A stretch of 64,000 nucleotides of DNA from an uncultured Candidatus Micrarchaeota archaeon (GCA_963741095.1 CAVUGN010000005.1:32001-96000), one strand, 5' to 3'; shown: positions 20,259 through 29,402, counted from the first letter of the stretch. Notes: a model not told the origin generated them from the sequence alone. Made by a program: numbers and translations.

Positions 20259-20272
20259 TTAATATGATCTGA

Positions 20273-20464
20273 TTAACTCCTTGGATTGGCGTCTATCGTT
20301 ACCTGTATGCTACCTACGGAAAACCGCATCATGTCCGATATGTAGCCGCCAATCTCGCTCTCCCTGCAGTACGCCTTGCCCTCAACGCTGTTTGTGCAAA
20401 CATGCACGAGAACGCGCCTATCATCCATCGAAAAAATCTTTTTTATCCTTGCACTTGCGCCCAT
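20273..20464 (-). CDS. 63-aa hypothetical protein, paralog of 26357-26548
   Basis: Protein conserved between copies despite many nucleotide changes. Confidence 0.8.
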   Translation of the reverse strand: MGASARIKKIFSMDDRRVLVHVCTNSVEGKAYCRESEIGGYISDMMRFSVGSIQVTIDANPRS

Positions 20465-20580
20465 TCTACCACCCTATTGATCATGAGGGTAGGGGGTTGT
20501 ACCGCGGAAGCATGGTGAGAATGTGGATGAAGAGCTTGCGCTGATCCATGAAAAATTCTTACTTCCACCCCTGTACAACC
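20465..20580 (-). promoter_or_regulatory. Conserved structured 5' leader, copy 1 (possible 22-aa uORF 20481-20549)
   Basis: Near-identical to 26549-26664; nested stems ggttgtac/gtacaacc, ggaag/cttcc, agaat/attct, tggat/atcca, agc-GCAA-gct. Confidence 0.6.
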
Positions 20581-20769
20581 TACACACCCGTATGATATTA
20601 TGAATGAGGTTGTATATATTTATGAGCTGAACGTGTGCAACTTTTTGACCAGTCAATGCTTTAAAGATTTATAATTTATTAGTCCTTTAATTAAATTTAT
20701 ATGTGTTATAAAAGTTATATATACTTATTATAGTAAGGTTTAAATATCTTAAAAGTGTTAATATAACAC

Positions 20770-22182
20770 ATGGCAGAAACACCAGATGTGATACTAAACA
20801 CATATAAACGAGTCAGCAACGAGTATCCTTCTTTCATTGCGCTGAAGAGGATAAACGCCAAATACTACCTGTATAGCCAAACCACAAGATACGATAAAAA
20901 AGAAAAAAAGCAGAAAACAGTCTCGAAATACCTGGGTAGGATAACTGCCGAAGGCGTCTTTATAAAAAAATCAAGGACCTCTGAAAAAGACGATTTGGAA
21001 ATCGCAAAGGCGGTGATAGAGGCGCATGGCGGAAAGGTTGTTCTTCCTGAAACGGCTGGCAACAACGTTCAGGTTGCGGCAAAAAACTTTGTCTTGGATG
21101 AAATTGACAATCGGATATTGACTGTTATGAGCATGAACGCCAGGGCAAGCGCTGCTTTCATAGGAGCGCATGTGGCGACTAAACGAAGCGTTGTTGAGAG
21201 TAGGATAAAAAAACTGGAGAAAGAATATGAAATAAAGTATGTGGCCGAAATAAACACAGAAAAGCTTGGTTACTCTAGATTCCTAGCTTTTAGTAAATTT
21301 CTTGGAAAAATACCAATGATTGATACTATAAAAACTGCAATCGAAACAATACCCAATGTACAATTGGTCGCAACGCTTAAAGGAAAATATGACCTACTTG
21401 TTTACATTCTTGCAAAGAATAACGAGGAATTGTCCATCATTCTAACTAATATAGAGCAAGGCCTATCTACGTACAAAATGGAGTGGTACAGCAGTTATCT
21501 TCATGAAACTTACAACTTTGTACCCGTACGAGATGAATTTCTTGAACTTGTAAAAGGAGATCTCAAGCAAAGGGAGTATAATCTTCTGAGAGAATTCAAT
21601 AATAATGGCAATAAAGAATTCGCTAAGATCGACAAGAGATATGCTCAGGAGCATGGGAGGTCATCCTATGCTTATTATGGCCTCATAAATAACGGTTTGT
21701 TAAAGCGCATTACGATAAACATGTGCACAACTCCAATTAAGTATGTTGGAGTGATATATGCTTCTTTCTTAAACAGAGATAAGTTTGATAAAAATAGAGA
21801 GAAATTATTAAAGAACATGATTGAAGAGGTTAAATCACCTGCAACAAAATATATTTTAGTTGGAGATGTAGGCATGCCACGCGGGGTTATACTCTTTGCC
21901 CCAGTTTTCTTGGAGGGAGACCTGGAAAGAGACCAAGAAGAGTTGGAGAGGTTGGAATTGGGCGTTGCATTAGAAACATATATTGTATCCAAGGTAATAG
22001 TCGGCTCTTTTTGCTTTAGAAAATTTGATAATGGACACTCGCGCCAGTACGATATACTGGTTGAAAAATACGGGATTCCGAAGAGGCCATATCTGAATTA
22101 CCATGATACAGGAAGGATGAAAAAAGAAAGCCAGAGAAGGGACATAAGAGGTCTAAAACTGAATGACGCAGAAGAAGTATGA
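20770..22182 (+). CDS. Large Lrp/AsnC-type transcriptional regulator with extra N-terminal domain
   Basis: LDEIDNRILTVMSMNARAS HTH, KGKYDLLVY RAM-like segment, second HTH-like half; KRINAKYYLY...YLGRI N-terminus. Confidence 0.8.
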   Translation: MAETPDVILNTYKRVSNEYPSFIALKRINAKYYLYSQTTRYDKKEKKQKTVSKYLGRITAEGVFIKKSRTSEKDDLEIAKAVIEAHGGKVVLPETAGNNVQVAAKNFVLDEIDNRILTVMSMNARASAAFIGAHVATKRSVVESRIKKLEKEYEIKYVAEINTEKLGYSRFLAFSKFLGKIPMIDTIKTAIETIPNVQLVATLKGKYDLLVYILAKNNEELSIILTNIEQGLSTYKMEWYSSYLHETYNFVPVRDEFLELVKGDLKQREYNLLREFNNNGNKEFAKIDKRYAQEHGRSSYAYYGLINNGLLKRITINMCTTPIKYVGVIYASFLNRDKFDKNREKLLKNMIEEVKSPATKYILVGDVGMPRGVILFAPVFLEGDLERDQEELERLELGVALETYIVSKVIVGSFCFRKFDNGHSRQYDILVEKYGIPKRPYLNYHDTGRMKKESQRRDIRGLKLNDAEEV

Positions 22183-22235
22183 TATGCCTTATTGATAAAT
22201 TAATCCGAGAAGTAACCGTATATCAAGAATTTTGT

Positions 22236-22262
22236 TTAGCCAGTCCAGCCTCCGTCTCCCAT
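22236..22262 (-). CDS. Micro-peptide MGDGGWTG
   Basis: GGTGAAACT-ATG ribosome-binding context; member of a five-copy family. Confidence 0.6.
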   Translation of the reverse strand: MGDGGWTG

Positions 22263-22275
22263 AGTTTCACCTGCA

Positions 22276-22302
22276 TTAGCCGCTTGATCCTCCATCTCCC
22301 AT
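22276..22302 (-). CDS. Micro-peptide MGDGGSSG
   Basis: GTGAGATT-ATG context directly after a repeated promoter. Confidence 0.6.
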   Translation of the reverse strand: MGDGGSSG

Positions 22303-22350
22303 AATCTCACTGTTCAAACATCTCTGAAAAAGCTTAAAAAGCTTGTGTTC
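22303..22350 (-). promoter_or_regulatory. Repeated promoter-like element of the micro-ORFs (also about 28344-28389 and 28477-28523)
   Basis: acacaa..t.tttaag..tt.tcagagatg.tt.aa.agtgaga.tATG occurs three times with TATA-like TTTAAG. Confidence 0.6.
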
Positions 22351-22372
22351 TGGGAACAGCGATTGCTGTTTG

Positions 22373-22390
22373 GCAGCGCTTTCGCGCTGC
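22373..22390 (-). terminator. GC hairpin downstream of Fe-S gene (second copy 28546-28563)
   Basis: GCAGCGC-GAAA-GCGCTGC conserved in both copies. Confidence 0.45.
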
Positions 22391-22428
22391 AGGAACAGTG
22401 CCGATGCAGGTTAAACTGAAGAAAAGAG

Positions 22429-23220
22429 TTAACCTATCAGCAAACCTTCTATCCTTACCTGGTAGCCGTCCTTTATCTTGTTCATGAAGTTCACCAGGCC
22501 GCTGTGCCTCCATTGGAGCATGCACCTTCTCGGAAGGAACCAATATCTCATGCCGATCTTAAGGTCCATCCTCGAGTCGCGGATTATGCCTTCATAGGCT
22601 TCCGCTATGTAGTAGCCGATGTCCTTGTAGCCCTGGGCTCTTGGCTGCAATGGGCCAGTGACGCACCAGACTATCACTCCCGTCTTGTAGTCAGCCTCCA
22701 TGACAACGCCGCAGTGCGTTATCGGGCAGCCGCATGACATGCCCAACGGCCTTCCAATCATTATGTCTCCCTTCTTTATCCCCATCTTTTCAGTAAGGGC
22801 AGGGTTGTGCGGAAGTATCGTCTCCCTCGGGCCCGGCTCACCCGGGAATGTCTCAAGAACAAAGTCGAACTCACGTGATAGAGTGTCCTTCCAGTTCTTG
22901 CTGTCAGTGCCTATCGCAGCAGACGCGCAGCCTGCGCATCCCGCTGTCGCAACCGTAGCCTCGTTGACCGGCCTTCCTATGACATCGGTCCTAGGCTGGC
23001 CATAAGCTGTCTGGGTCATTCTCTGCTGCGGAGCTGCGCTCGCGACCTTAGGCGCAGACGCACTGTTCCTGCCCAGGTTCGTGCACCTCTTCATCTCGTC
23101 CGCATTGCTTGCGGCCGCTTCTGCCAGATCGCTGCACGACTTGTATCCGCATGCGCCGCAATCAAGCTTGGGCAGCTGTTCCAGTATCTTATCGCTCTCT
23201 TTTGTTGTCTTTTTTGCCAT
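22429..23220 (-). CDS. (Fe-S)-binding protein, copy 1
   Basis: LPKLDCGACGYKSC FeS domain; protein identical to 28602-29393. Confidence 0.88.
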   Translation of the reverse strand: MAKKTTKESDKILEQLPKLDCGACGYKSCSDLAEAAASNADEMKRCTNLGRNSASAPKVASAAPQQRMTQTAYGQPRTDVIGRPVNEATVATAGCAGCASAAIGTDSKNWKDTLSREFDFVLETFPGEPGPRETILPHNPALTEKMGIKKGDIMIGRPLGMSCGCPITHCGVVMEADYKTGVIVWCVTGPLQPRAQGYKDIGYYIAEAYEGIIRDSRMDLKIGMRYWFLPRRCMLQWRHSGLVNFMNKIKDGYQVRIEGLLIG

Positions 23221-23229
23221 TCGATCACT

Positions 23230-23313
23230 TCATTCTCCTTGATAGAATATGTCGCTGTTGAGCGGCCTCACAACACCGAAGTGCTGCTTCCAGCCAATCT
23301 CCTTCTTGCCCAC
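23230..23313 (-). pseudogene. 3' fragment of the GTP-binding protein gene
   Basis: VGKKEIGWKQHFGVVRPLNSDIFYQGE identical to the C-terminus of 29403-30104. Confidence 0.85.
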
Positions 23314-24077
23314 AAGCAAATTAGGGATGAAAATATGAGTATGAACATGGCAGAACCAAGCATGTGCAAGCTTACACTCATGAAAGCCAGCCCGGATAAA
23401 AGTTCTGGAAACTGGATTATGGCGTCGGCTAGCAATACTAGGACAAAGAAACATGCGATTATCGCGCCGCCGAACAAGGATAAAGCCGTTATTAAGACGC
23501 TTTTTCCTTTGATCCATATCCTGATTGCATGGATAAGCAACACTGTGTTTATGACTGAAAAGAACCCGTATGTGATTACGCTATCCACTTGAAAGAGGGA
23601 TATTCCAGTGAAGTACATCTTAAAAAAATAAAGGATTATGACGGTGGAGTACTGCGATGCTATTGATGATAAAAAGAAGGCTGTGGCCATATGGCTTTTT
23701 GGTTCATGTAGATAATTTTTAATCTTTGTTTTTTTGCCATGCGAATTTTTGTAGTTGTAGAGCACATCGAAAATGAACAGGAATAAAAATGCAAAGAATA
23801 TATCTTCTGTAGTTGCGACCAGATAAGAATGGACGGTGGTATCAGTGGCTGCCTGGGTGGAATTTAAGGAAACCTCTTCAGTATATCCGTTGAATATGTT
23901 GATTGCTAGAAAACTTAATGAAGGAGGTGACGCACGCGGCAGCGTGGCTGAGGTATACCCAGGGTATGTGCTTGCGTAAAAATTGCTAACCAAATAAATT
24001 GGTACGATCATCGCTAGGAATAGGAGAGGGTACAACTTGTACGCCTTTAAACTAGCAACTAATCCCTCGCTGTGCAT
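23268..24077 (-). CDS. Multi-pass membrane protein, immunity candidate
   Basis: About six TM segments, AT-rich; last residues read from the duplicated segment in another frame. Confidence 0.7.
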   Translation of the reverse strand: MHSEGLVASLKAYKLYPLLFLAMIVPIYLVSNFYASTYPGYTSATLPRASPPSLSFLAINIFNGYTEEVSLNSTQAATDTTVHSYLVATTEDIFFAFLFLFIFDVLYNYKNSHGKKTKIKNYLHEPKSHMATAFFLSSIASQYSTVIILYFFKMYFTGISLFQVDSVITYGFFSVINTVLLIHAIRIWIKGKSVLITALSLFGGAIIACFFVLVLLADAIIQFPELLSGLAFMSVSLHMLGSAMFILIFSSLICLWARRRLAGSSTSVL

Positions 24078-24154
24078 TTCGTCTACAGCATAGTTTAATC
24101 ATAGGCACCTTGATAAATGTGCCGTTGATCCACAATGTTTACATTGGATTTCCT

Positions 24155-26005
24155 TCATGGTAACAATATGACCGGTTCGCCAAGTGTTGCACGCAGGAAA
24201 TTGATTATCGATTGTATCTCCGACTTTTTTTGCTGGACATAATTTGTAGCTGCAGTCTGGTTTCCTTCGAGCATTTGCACAAAATTCCGCATTGAAGAAG
24301 CCAAACCAGGGATGATGACAGGTATTGGGATGGGTATGCCTCCAGATCCGTCTTCGGCAACCAAATCACCGACTAAACCGCTGATATCCCCCTTTGTGAC
24401 TATGCTTATTCCTGTGCTTAGGTCGCCTAGCCAGTTTGAAAGTTCCCCTAAGGCTCCTGCAGTATCACTGCCGTCTAGGAGCTTTGATAAAGCATCGAGT
24501 ATTCCGGAAGTCGCTGCAGCCGCATTGCCAAGTTGATCCGTCAATGCTGATGCGTTGATTGGATTTGTGGGCAGAGTGTATTGCAGTGTAATGGGTATTG
24601 AATTGATGGTAATTGTTTGGGATACGGGATGACTGATCAAATAAGGGGGCTGAGTTATAGTAAGGCCGCTACCTATGATAAGAGCAAGAGTTGGATTGCT
24701 TGTTAGATAGTTATTGGATTTTATCGCCGAGCACTGCGCCGCTGTCAGTGCTTTAATCTCCGGGGTTATCGGCCTTGTTATTCCACTATCTACTCTTGCG
24801 GTTCTGAATAGCACGTAGTTCCAATTGTCCATCTGTGTTTCTGAGGTAAGATACGGTGTCGTGAACCCTGCAGCTGCAAAATTGTACGATGATGGACCTT
24901 GCCAGCCTAACCAAGCAGGCTTACTCGCCGTAGACGCACTAACGCCCATGCCCAAGTCATCCAGCAAATCTACCTCTAATACTTGAGTTGAAGTCTGGAT
25001 TGGAGTGGTGGTTGGAGTTTGGGTAGGTGTTGTAGTCGTAGTAGTGGTTGTTCGTATTGGTGTCGTAGTTGAAGTAGGTGTCGGTATTACAGTCGAATAA
25101 TTTCCAGATTTTATCGCCGAGCACTGCGCCGCAGTCAGAGCCTGTATCTCAGCAGTTACCGGTCTTGTGACTCCGCTGTCAACTCTTGCTGTTCTGAAGA
25201 GCACGAAGTTCCAGTTGTCCATCTGAGTTTCCGTTGTTAGGTAGGGGGTTACGAATCCTGCGGCTGCAAAATTGTACACTGCAGGTCCCTGCCAGCCCTG
25301 ATAGCCGTATATCGTCTTCGCTCCAGACGGAGTCACATCACTGATGCCCAGATCGCCGGGCAGGTTTATTGGCGGTATCGTAGTTGGAGTTACTGTCGTT
25401 GTGGTGGGTGTTGGGGTCGTTGTGGTTGGCGTTGGAGTTGGCGTAGTCGTTGTCGTGGTTGGAACTATCGGGGCCGTGTACGGCACCTGAGAGACGTTGC
25501 CACCAACTTGAATGTACCCATTGCTCAATGCAGTGATGGTGTCCGTGTTATTCAGAATTCCGTTTACGTAAACGTTCGCATAACACAGGATGGTGCCTTG
25601 GGTTTGGTTTGCTGGAACTCCTGCCGATTGCATCTTCGACATTATGTCGCTTATCAGCTGGTTTATGCTTTCCCCTGTATTTGCCATGATCACCGATACG
25701 GTCGGTATATTATCGACCTGGCTTACCAGTCTAAGGTATGAATGCTGATTATCCTCCATCATCTCGTATTTTGCCGCGGTTGCTTGTTTTGGATTGGTGG
25801 TTATACTTTCGGCTTCCACCCTGCCGATGCCTGGGCTTATTGCCAGGACAGTTGCCAATACTACAGGCAACACCATATTTCTGGCTATGGATAGACCCCT
25901 ATTCAATGGATTTGCCTGGTGCCTTTCTGCTGCATCTTGCCCTCTCAGCAATTCCACGTTTGCTGTCTTTTCAGTTGCCTTTTCGATTGTCTTTTCGTTT
26001 CGCAT
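24155..26005 (-). CDS. Secreted/surface repeat protein, cassette 2
   Basis: Same MRNEKTIEK.TEKTANVELLRGQ N-terminus; two WQGP...QMDNWN repeats; distinct C-terminus. Confidence 0.85.
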   Translation of the reverse strand: MRNEKTIEKATEKTANVELLRGQDAAERHQANPLNRGLSIARNMVLPVVLATVLAISPGIGRVEAESITTNPKQATAAKYEMMEDNQHSYLRLVSQVDNIPTVSVIMANTGESINQLISDIMSKMQSAGVPANQTQGTILCYANVYVNGILNNTDTITALSNGYIQVGGNVSQVPYTAPIVPTTTTTTPTPTPTTTTPTPTTTTVTPTTIPPINLPGDLGISDVTPSGAKTIYGYQGWQGPAVYNFAAAGFVTPYLTTETQMDNWNFVLFRTARVDSGVTRPVTAEIQALTAAQCSAIKSGNYSTVIPTPTSTTTPIRTTTTTTTTPTQTPTTTPIQTSTQVLEVDLLDDLGMGVSASTASKPAWLGWQGPSSYNFAAAGFTTPYLTSETQMDNWNYVLFRTARVDSGITRPITPEIKALTAAQCSAIKSNNYLTSNPTLALIIGSGLTITQPPYLISHPVSQTITINSIPITLQYTLPTNPINASALTDQLGNAAAATSGILDALSKLLDGSDTAGALGELSNWLGDLSTGISIVTKGDISGLVGDLVAEDGSGGIPIPIPVIIPGLASSMRNFVQMLEGNQTAATNYVQQKKSEIQSIINFLRATLGEPVILLP

Positions 26006-26054
26006 GTTTACCCACCCATTTTAAGCATGATATTATCCCGCCATCAGCCCAATC

Positions 26055-26342
26055 TTAGACCATTGCTACGAAGGCCTTGCTGACGCCACGCAATGCCCGT
26101 TCCTTCGCGTCCTTCAGCTCGCTATTGTTCCTGTAAAACCGTATTTCGGCCACGCAGTCGCCATAGCGGTTGTAGATGGGAATGCGCTGCCTGCGCCATA
26201 TGTCCATCAGCCTCTTCGCAAAATCGCTGTTCCCGCCCTTCAGCTGCAGGAAGATCTGCCTGCACGCTTTGCCCTTGCCACTTCCGATTGCTCGCGCTAG
26301 CTTGTTTGTTGACAATTTTCCACCCAGTCTGTTTACACCCAC
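26055..26342 (-). CDS. Small basic hypothetical protein
   Basis: 95-aa ORF, GTG start, co-oriented in the cassette operon. Confidence 0.6.
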   Translation of the reverse strand: MGVNRLGGKLSTNKLARAIGSGKGKACRQIFLQLKGGNSDFAKRLMDIWRRQRIPIYNRYGDCVAEIRFYRNNSELKDAKERALRGVSKAFVAMV

Positions 26343-26356
26343 TTAACGTGATCTGA

Positions 26357-26548
26357 TTAACTCATTGGATTCGCGTCTATCATGACATGCATACTTCCGG
26401 CTGAAAGCCTCATCATATCGGAGATGTAGCTGCCGACTTCTTTCTCCCGGCAGTAAGCTTTGCCTTCTACGCTGTTCGTGCAGACCCGAACGAGAACGCG
26501 CCCATCATCCATCGAAAAAATCTTTTTTATTCTTGCGCTTGCATCCAT
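26357..26548 (-). CDS. 63-aa hypothetical protein, paralog of 20273-20464
   Basis: ASARIKKIFSMDD.RVLV.VCTNSVEGKAYCRE conserved. Confidence 0.8.
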   Translation of the reverse strand: MDASARIKKIFSMDDGRVLVRVCTNSVEGKAYCREKEVGSYISDMMRLSAGSMHVMIDANPMS

Positions 26549-26664
26549 TCTACCACTCTATTGATCATGAGGGTAGGGGGTTGCACCGCGGAAGCATGGT
26601 GAGAATGTGGATGAAGAGCTTGCGCTGATCCATAGAAAATTCTTACTTCCACCTCTGTACACCC
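26549..26664 (-). promoter_or_regulatory. Conserved structured 5' leader, copy 2 (possible uORF 26565-26633)
   Basis: Near-identical to 20465-20580. Confidence 0.6.
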
Positions 26665-26847
26665 TTTCCACCCAATAAGAGATTATGAATTTTATTGTAT
26701 ATATCAATGAGTAGGGTAAAATTGCACAAACGACGGCAAAATGCCAACAATAACCACAGATATTCTTAGGTTTGTTATGTTTTTACATGGGTTATAAGAT
26801 GGTGCATAACAAAAGTTTTAAATATCTTATATGTTGGTATATAACCT

Positions 26848-28269
26848 ATGGATGGTGTACCTAAGAATGTGGTAGCAACATTCAGTAAGCTAAGGAAAGA
26901 ATATTCGTTTTATACCACACTGAAGAGGATAAACGACAAATATTACTTATACCACCAATCCACCATATGGCTGAAAAACGCTAAGAAAACGAAGACAGTT
27001 TCGGAGTATCTCGGCAGGATAAGAGATGATGGTGCGTTCATAAAGAAGATGCATCTGGCAAAAAGCAACCTTGTGGATGCGGAATCTTTGATAACTGCGC
27101 ATGGCGGTGAGGTAATATGGCATGGCGATACCGACAAAGTTGCAAAACCACAAACGGAAAGACATGACTTAGCGTTTACCGAGGTGGAGAACAGGCTTCT
27201 GACTACTCTCAGTATGAACGCAAGAGCCAGCTTGGCGTTTGTGGGTCGGCAGATTGGTTTAACCCCTTCTATAACTTATAATCACGTGAAGCAATTGGAA
27301 AAGAAGTGCGGGATAAGGTACATTGCAGAGATTAACCCAGAGAAGTTAGGCTACCTCAGATTTTTTGTGATGGTAAAGTTTCGAGACAGGATACCAAACG
27401 AACTGGAACTCAAGGCCGTAATCAGCAAGAGCCCGAACGTTCAACTTGCCATGCTGACGAAAGGGAAATACGACCTTATGATTTACGTGCTAGCTACAAG
27501 TAATCTTGACATAATGAGAGTGGTCATAGACATGCGGATGGGACTTGTGGACTATCCATCTGAGTGGTACATAGTCAATTTTTATGAGCATTTCAACTTT
27601 GTGCCGTTGAGGGATGAATTCATAGACGTCCTGAAGGCAAACCTCCTAAATCGAGAGTATTCCGTTTTGAAAGAGCTGAATCAAAGTGGGAACAAAGATT
27701 TTGTTGACATAGATCGAAAATATGGCTTCGATGAGGGTAGATCATCTTACACTTTTTACAGGCTCAAAGAAAAGGGGATAATCGATAGAGTGACGGTGAC
27801 TTTGAGCAATACTGTTGTTAAGTACGTTGGGGTGATATTTTTGAACATCATAGACCGGAAGAAATTCGGGAAAAACAGAGAAAAACTTCTGTCATACACT
27901 ATAAGAGAAAAAGACGCTCCGACGATGAATTATGTGCTTGCTGGGGATGACGGAAACCCGGACGGCATACTTTACTTCGTACCTGTGCTGAATGAAGGTG
28001 ATCTCGAAAGGGAAGCTGAGGGTATGGAAAAGCTGGATTTGGGTGCTAAATTTGATACGGCAATAGTATTGAATACACTGTTGGGTTCATTTTGTTATAG
28101 GAAATTCGATTATGTGTACTCAAAGCAACATATGCGACTTGTCGAGGATTATGGATTGCCGCAAAAAGATCAAAAAAACTATGAAGACACTGGAAGAAAG
28201 TCCTGTCACATCGCAACTGGCAAAAGACGCATCGGCATAAGAGGAGAAGAAATCAGAATAGATAACTAA
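26848..28269 (+). CDS. Large Lrp/AsnC-type regulator, paralog of 20770-22182
   Basis: KRINDKYYLY...YLGRI; LSMNARASL HTH; KGKYDLMIY; GSFCYRKFD. Confidence 0.8.
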   Translation: MDGVPKNVVATFSKLRKEYSFYTTLKRINDKYYLYHQSTIWLKNAKKTKTVSEYLGRIRDDGAFIKKMHLAKSNLVDAESLITAHGGEVIWHGDTDKVAKPQTERHDLAFTEVENRLLTTLSMNARASLAFVGRQIGLTPSITYNHVKQLEKKCGIRYIAEINPEKLGYLRFFVMVKFRDRIPNELELKAVISKSPNVQLAMLTKGKYDLMIYVLATSNLDIMRVVIDMRMGLVDYPSEWYIVNFYEHFNFVPLRDEFIDVLKANLLNREYSVLKELNQSGNKDFVDIDRKYGFDEGRSSYTFYRLKEKGIIDRVTVTLSNTVVKYVGVIFLNIIDRKKFGKNREKLLSYTIREKDAPTMNYVLAGDDGNPDGILYFVPVLNEGDLEREAEGMEKLDLGAKFDTAIVLNTLLGSFCYRKFDYVYSKQHMRLVEDYGLPQKDQKNYEDTGRKSCHIATGKRRIGIRGEEIRIDN

Positions 28270-28316
28270 TAAGAATAGCTAGTGCTTAACCTGAACAGAT
28301 GTTCTATCAAACCGAC

Positions 28317-28343
28317 TTAACCGCCGTTTCCTCCTCCATCCAT
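28317..28343 (-). CDS. Micro-peptide MDGGGNGG
   Basis: GTGAGACT-ATG after repeated promoter. Confidence 0.6.
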   Translation of the reverse strand: MDGGGNGG

Positions 28344-28389
28344 AGTCTCACTATTAAAGCATCTCTGAAAAGGCTTAAATAGATTGTGT

Positions 28390-28413
28390 TCAGCCAGTTC
28401 CACCTCCATCCAT
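28390..28413 (-). CDS. Micro-peptide MDGGGTG
   Basis: GATGAAACA-ATG context; family member. Confidence 0.55.
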   Translation of the reverse strand: MDGGGTG

Positions 28414-28434
28414 TGTTTCATCTTCTAGATTGCA

Positions 28435-28476
28435 TTAGCCGTTACCGCCGCCACCGCTTCCTCCATCTCCTTCCAT
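28435..28476 (-). CDS. Micro-peptide MEGDGGSGGGGNG
   Basis: GTGAGACT-ATG after repeated promoter. Confidence 0.6.
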   Translation of the reverse strand: MEGDGGSGGGGNG

Positions 28477-28601
28477 AGTCTCACTGTTCAAACATCTCTG
28501 AGAAGACTTAAAAAGTTTGTGTTTTAAGGACAGAGTTGCTGTTTGGCAGCGCTTTCGCGCTGCAGGAATAGTGCTGATGTAGGTTAAACTAAATAAAAGA
28601 A

Positions 28602-29393
28602 TTAACCTATCAGCAATCCTTCTATCCTTACCTGGTAGCCGTCCTTTATCTTGTTCATGAAGTTCACCAGGCCGCTGTGCCTCCATTGGAGCATGCACCT
28701 CCTCGGAAGGAACCAATATCTCATGCCTATCTTCAGGTCCATCCTTGAGTCGCGGATTATCCCTTCATATGCTTCCGCTATGTAGTAGCCGATGTCCTTG
28801 TAGCCCTGCGCCCTTGGCTGCAACGGACCTGTGACGCACCAGACTATCACTCCCGTCTTGTAGTCGGCTTCCATCACAACGCCGCAGTGCGTTATCGGGC
28901 AGCCGCATGACATGCCCAACGGCCTTCCAATCATTATGTCTCCCTTCTTTATCCCCATCTTTTCAGTAAGGGCAGGGTTGTGCGGAAGTATCGTCTCCCT
29001 CGGGCCCGGCTCACCCGGGAATGTCTCAAGAACAAAGTCGAACTCACGTGATAGAGTGTCCTTCCAGTTCTTGCTGTCAGTGCCTATCGCAGCAGACGCG
29101 CAGCCTGCGCATCCCGCTGTCGCAACCGTAGCCTCGTTGACCGGCCTTCCTATGACATCGGTCCTAGGCTGGCCATAAGCTGTCTGGGTCATTCTCTGCT
29201 GCGGAGCTGCGCTCGCGACCTTAGGCGCAGACGCACTGTTCCTGCCCAGGTTCGTGCACCTCTTCATCTCGTCCGCATTGCTTGCGGCCGCTTCTGCCAG
29301 ATCGCTGCACGACTTGTATCCGCATGCGCCGCAATCAAGCTTGGGCAGCTGTTCCAGTATCTTATCGCTCTCTTTTGTTGTCTTTTTTGCCAT
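28602..29393 (-). CDS. (Fe-S)-binding protein, copy 2 (within intact operon)
   Basis: CGACGYKSC; GRPLGMSCGCPITHCG; CMLQWRHSG. Confidence 0.88.
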   Translation of the reverse strand: MAKKTTKESDKILEQLPKLDCGACGYKSCSDLAEAAASNADEMKRCTNLGRNSASAPKVASAAPQQRMTQTAYGQPRTDVIGRPVNEATVATAGCAGCASAAIGTDSKNWKDTLSREFDFVLETFPGEPGPRETILPHNPALTEKMGIKKGDIMIGRPLGMSCGCPITHCGVVMEADYKTGVIVWCVTGPLQPRAQGYKDIGYYIAEAYEGIIRDSRMDLKIGMRYWFLPRRCMLQWRHSGLVNFMNKIKDGYQVRIEGLLIG

Positions 29394-29402
29394 TCGATCA
29401 CT

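Larger units (their letters stand above)
22429..23313. repeat. Direct repeat of 28602-29486 (offset 6173 bp)
   Basis: Identical by eye over about 22703-23295; about 15 synonymous differences in 22429-22702. Confidence 0.92.

Noticed and set aside
20770-22182. Calling the regulators transposases
   Set aside because: No DDE or HUH catalytic motifs and no terminal inverted repeats were seen; the rest is HTH/RAM-like.
22236-28523. CRISPR array interpretation of the short repeats
   Set aside because: The repeats are degenerate, irregularly spaced and codon-structured, with no unique spacers and no cas genes.
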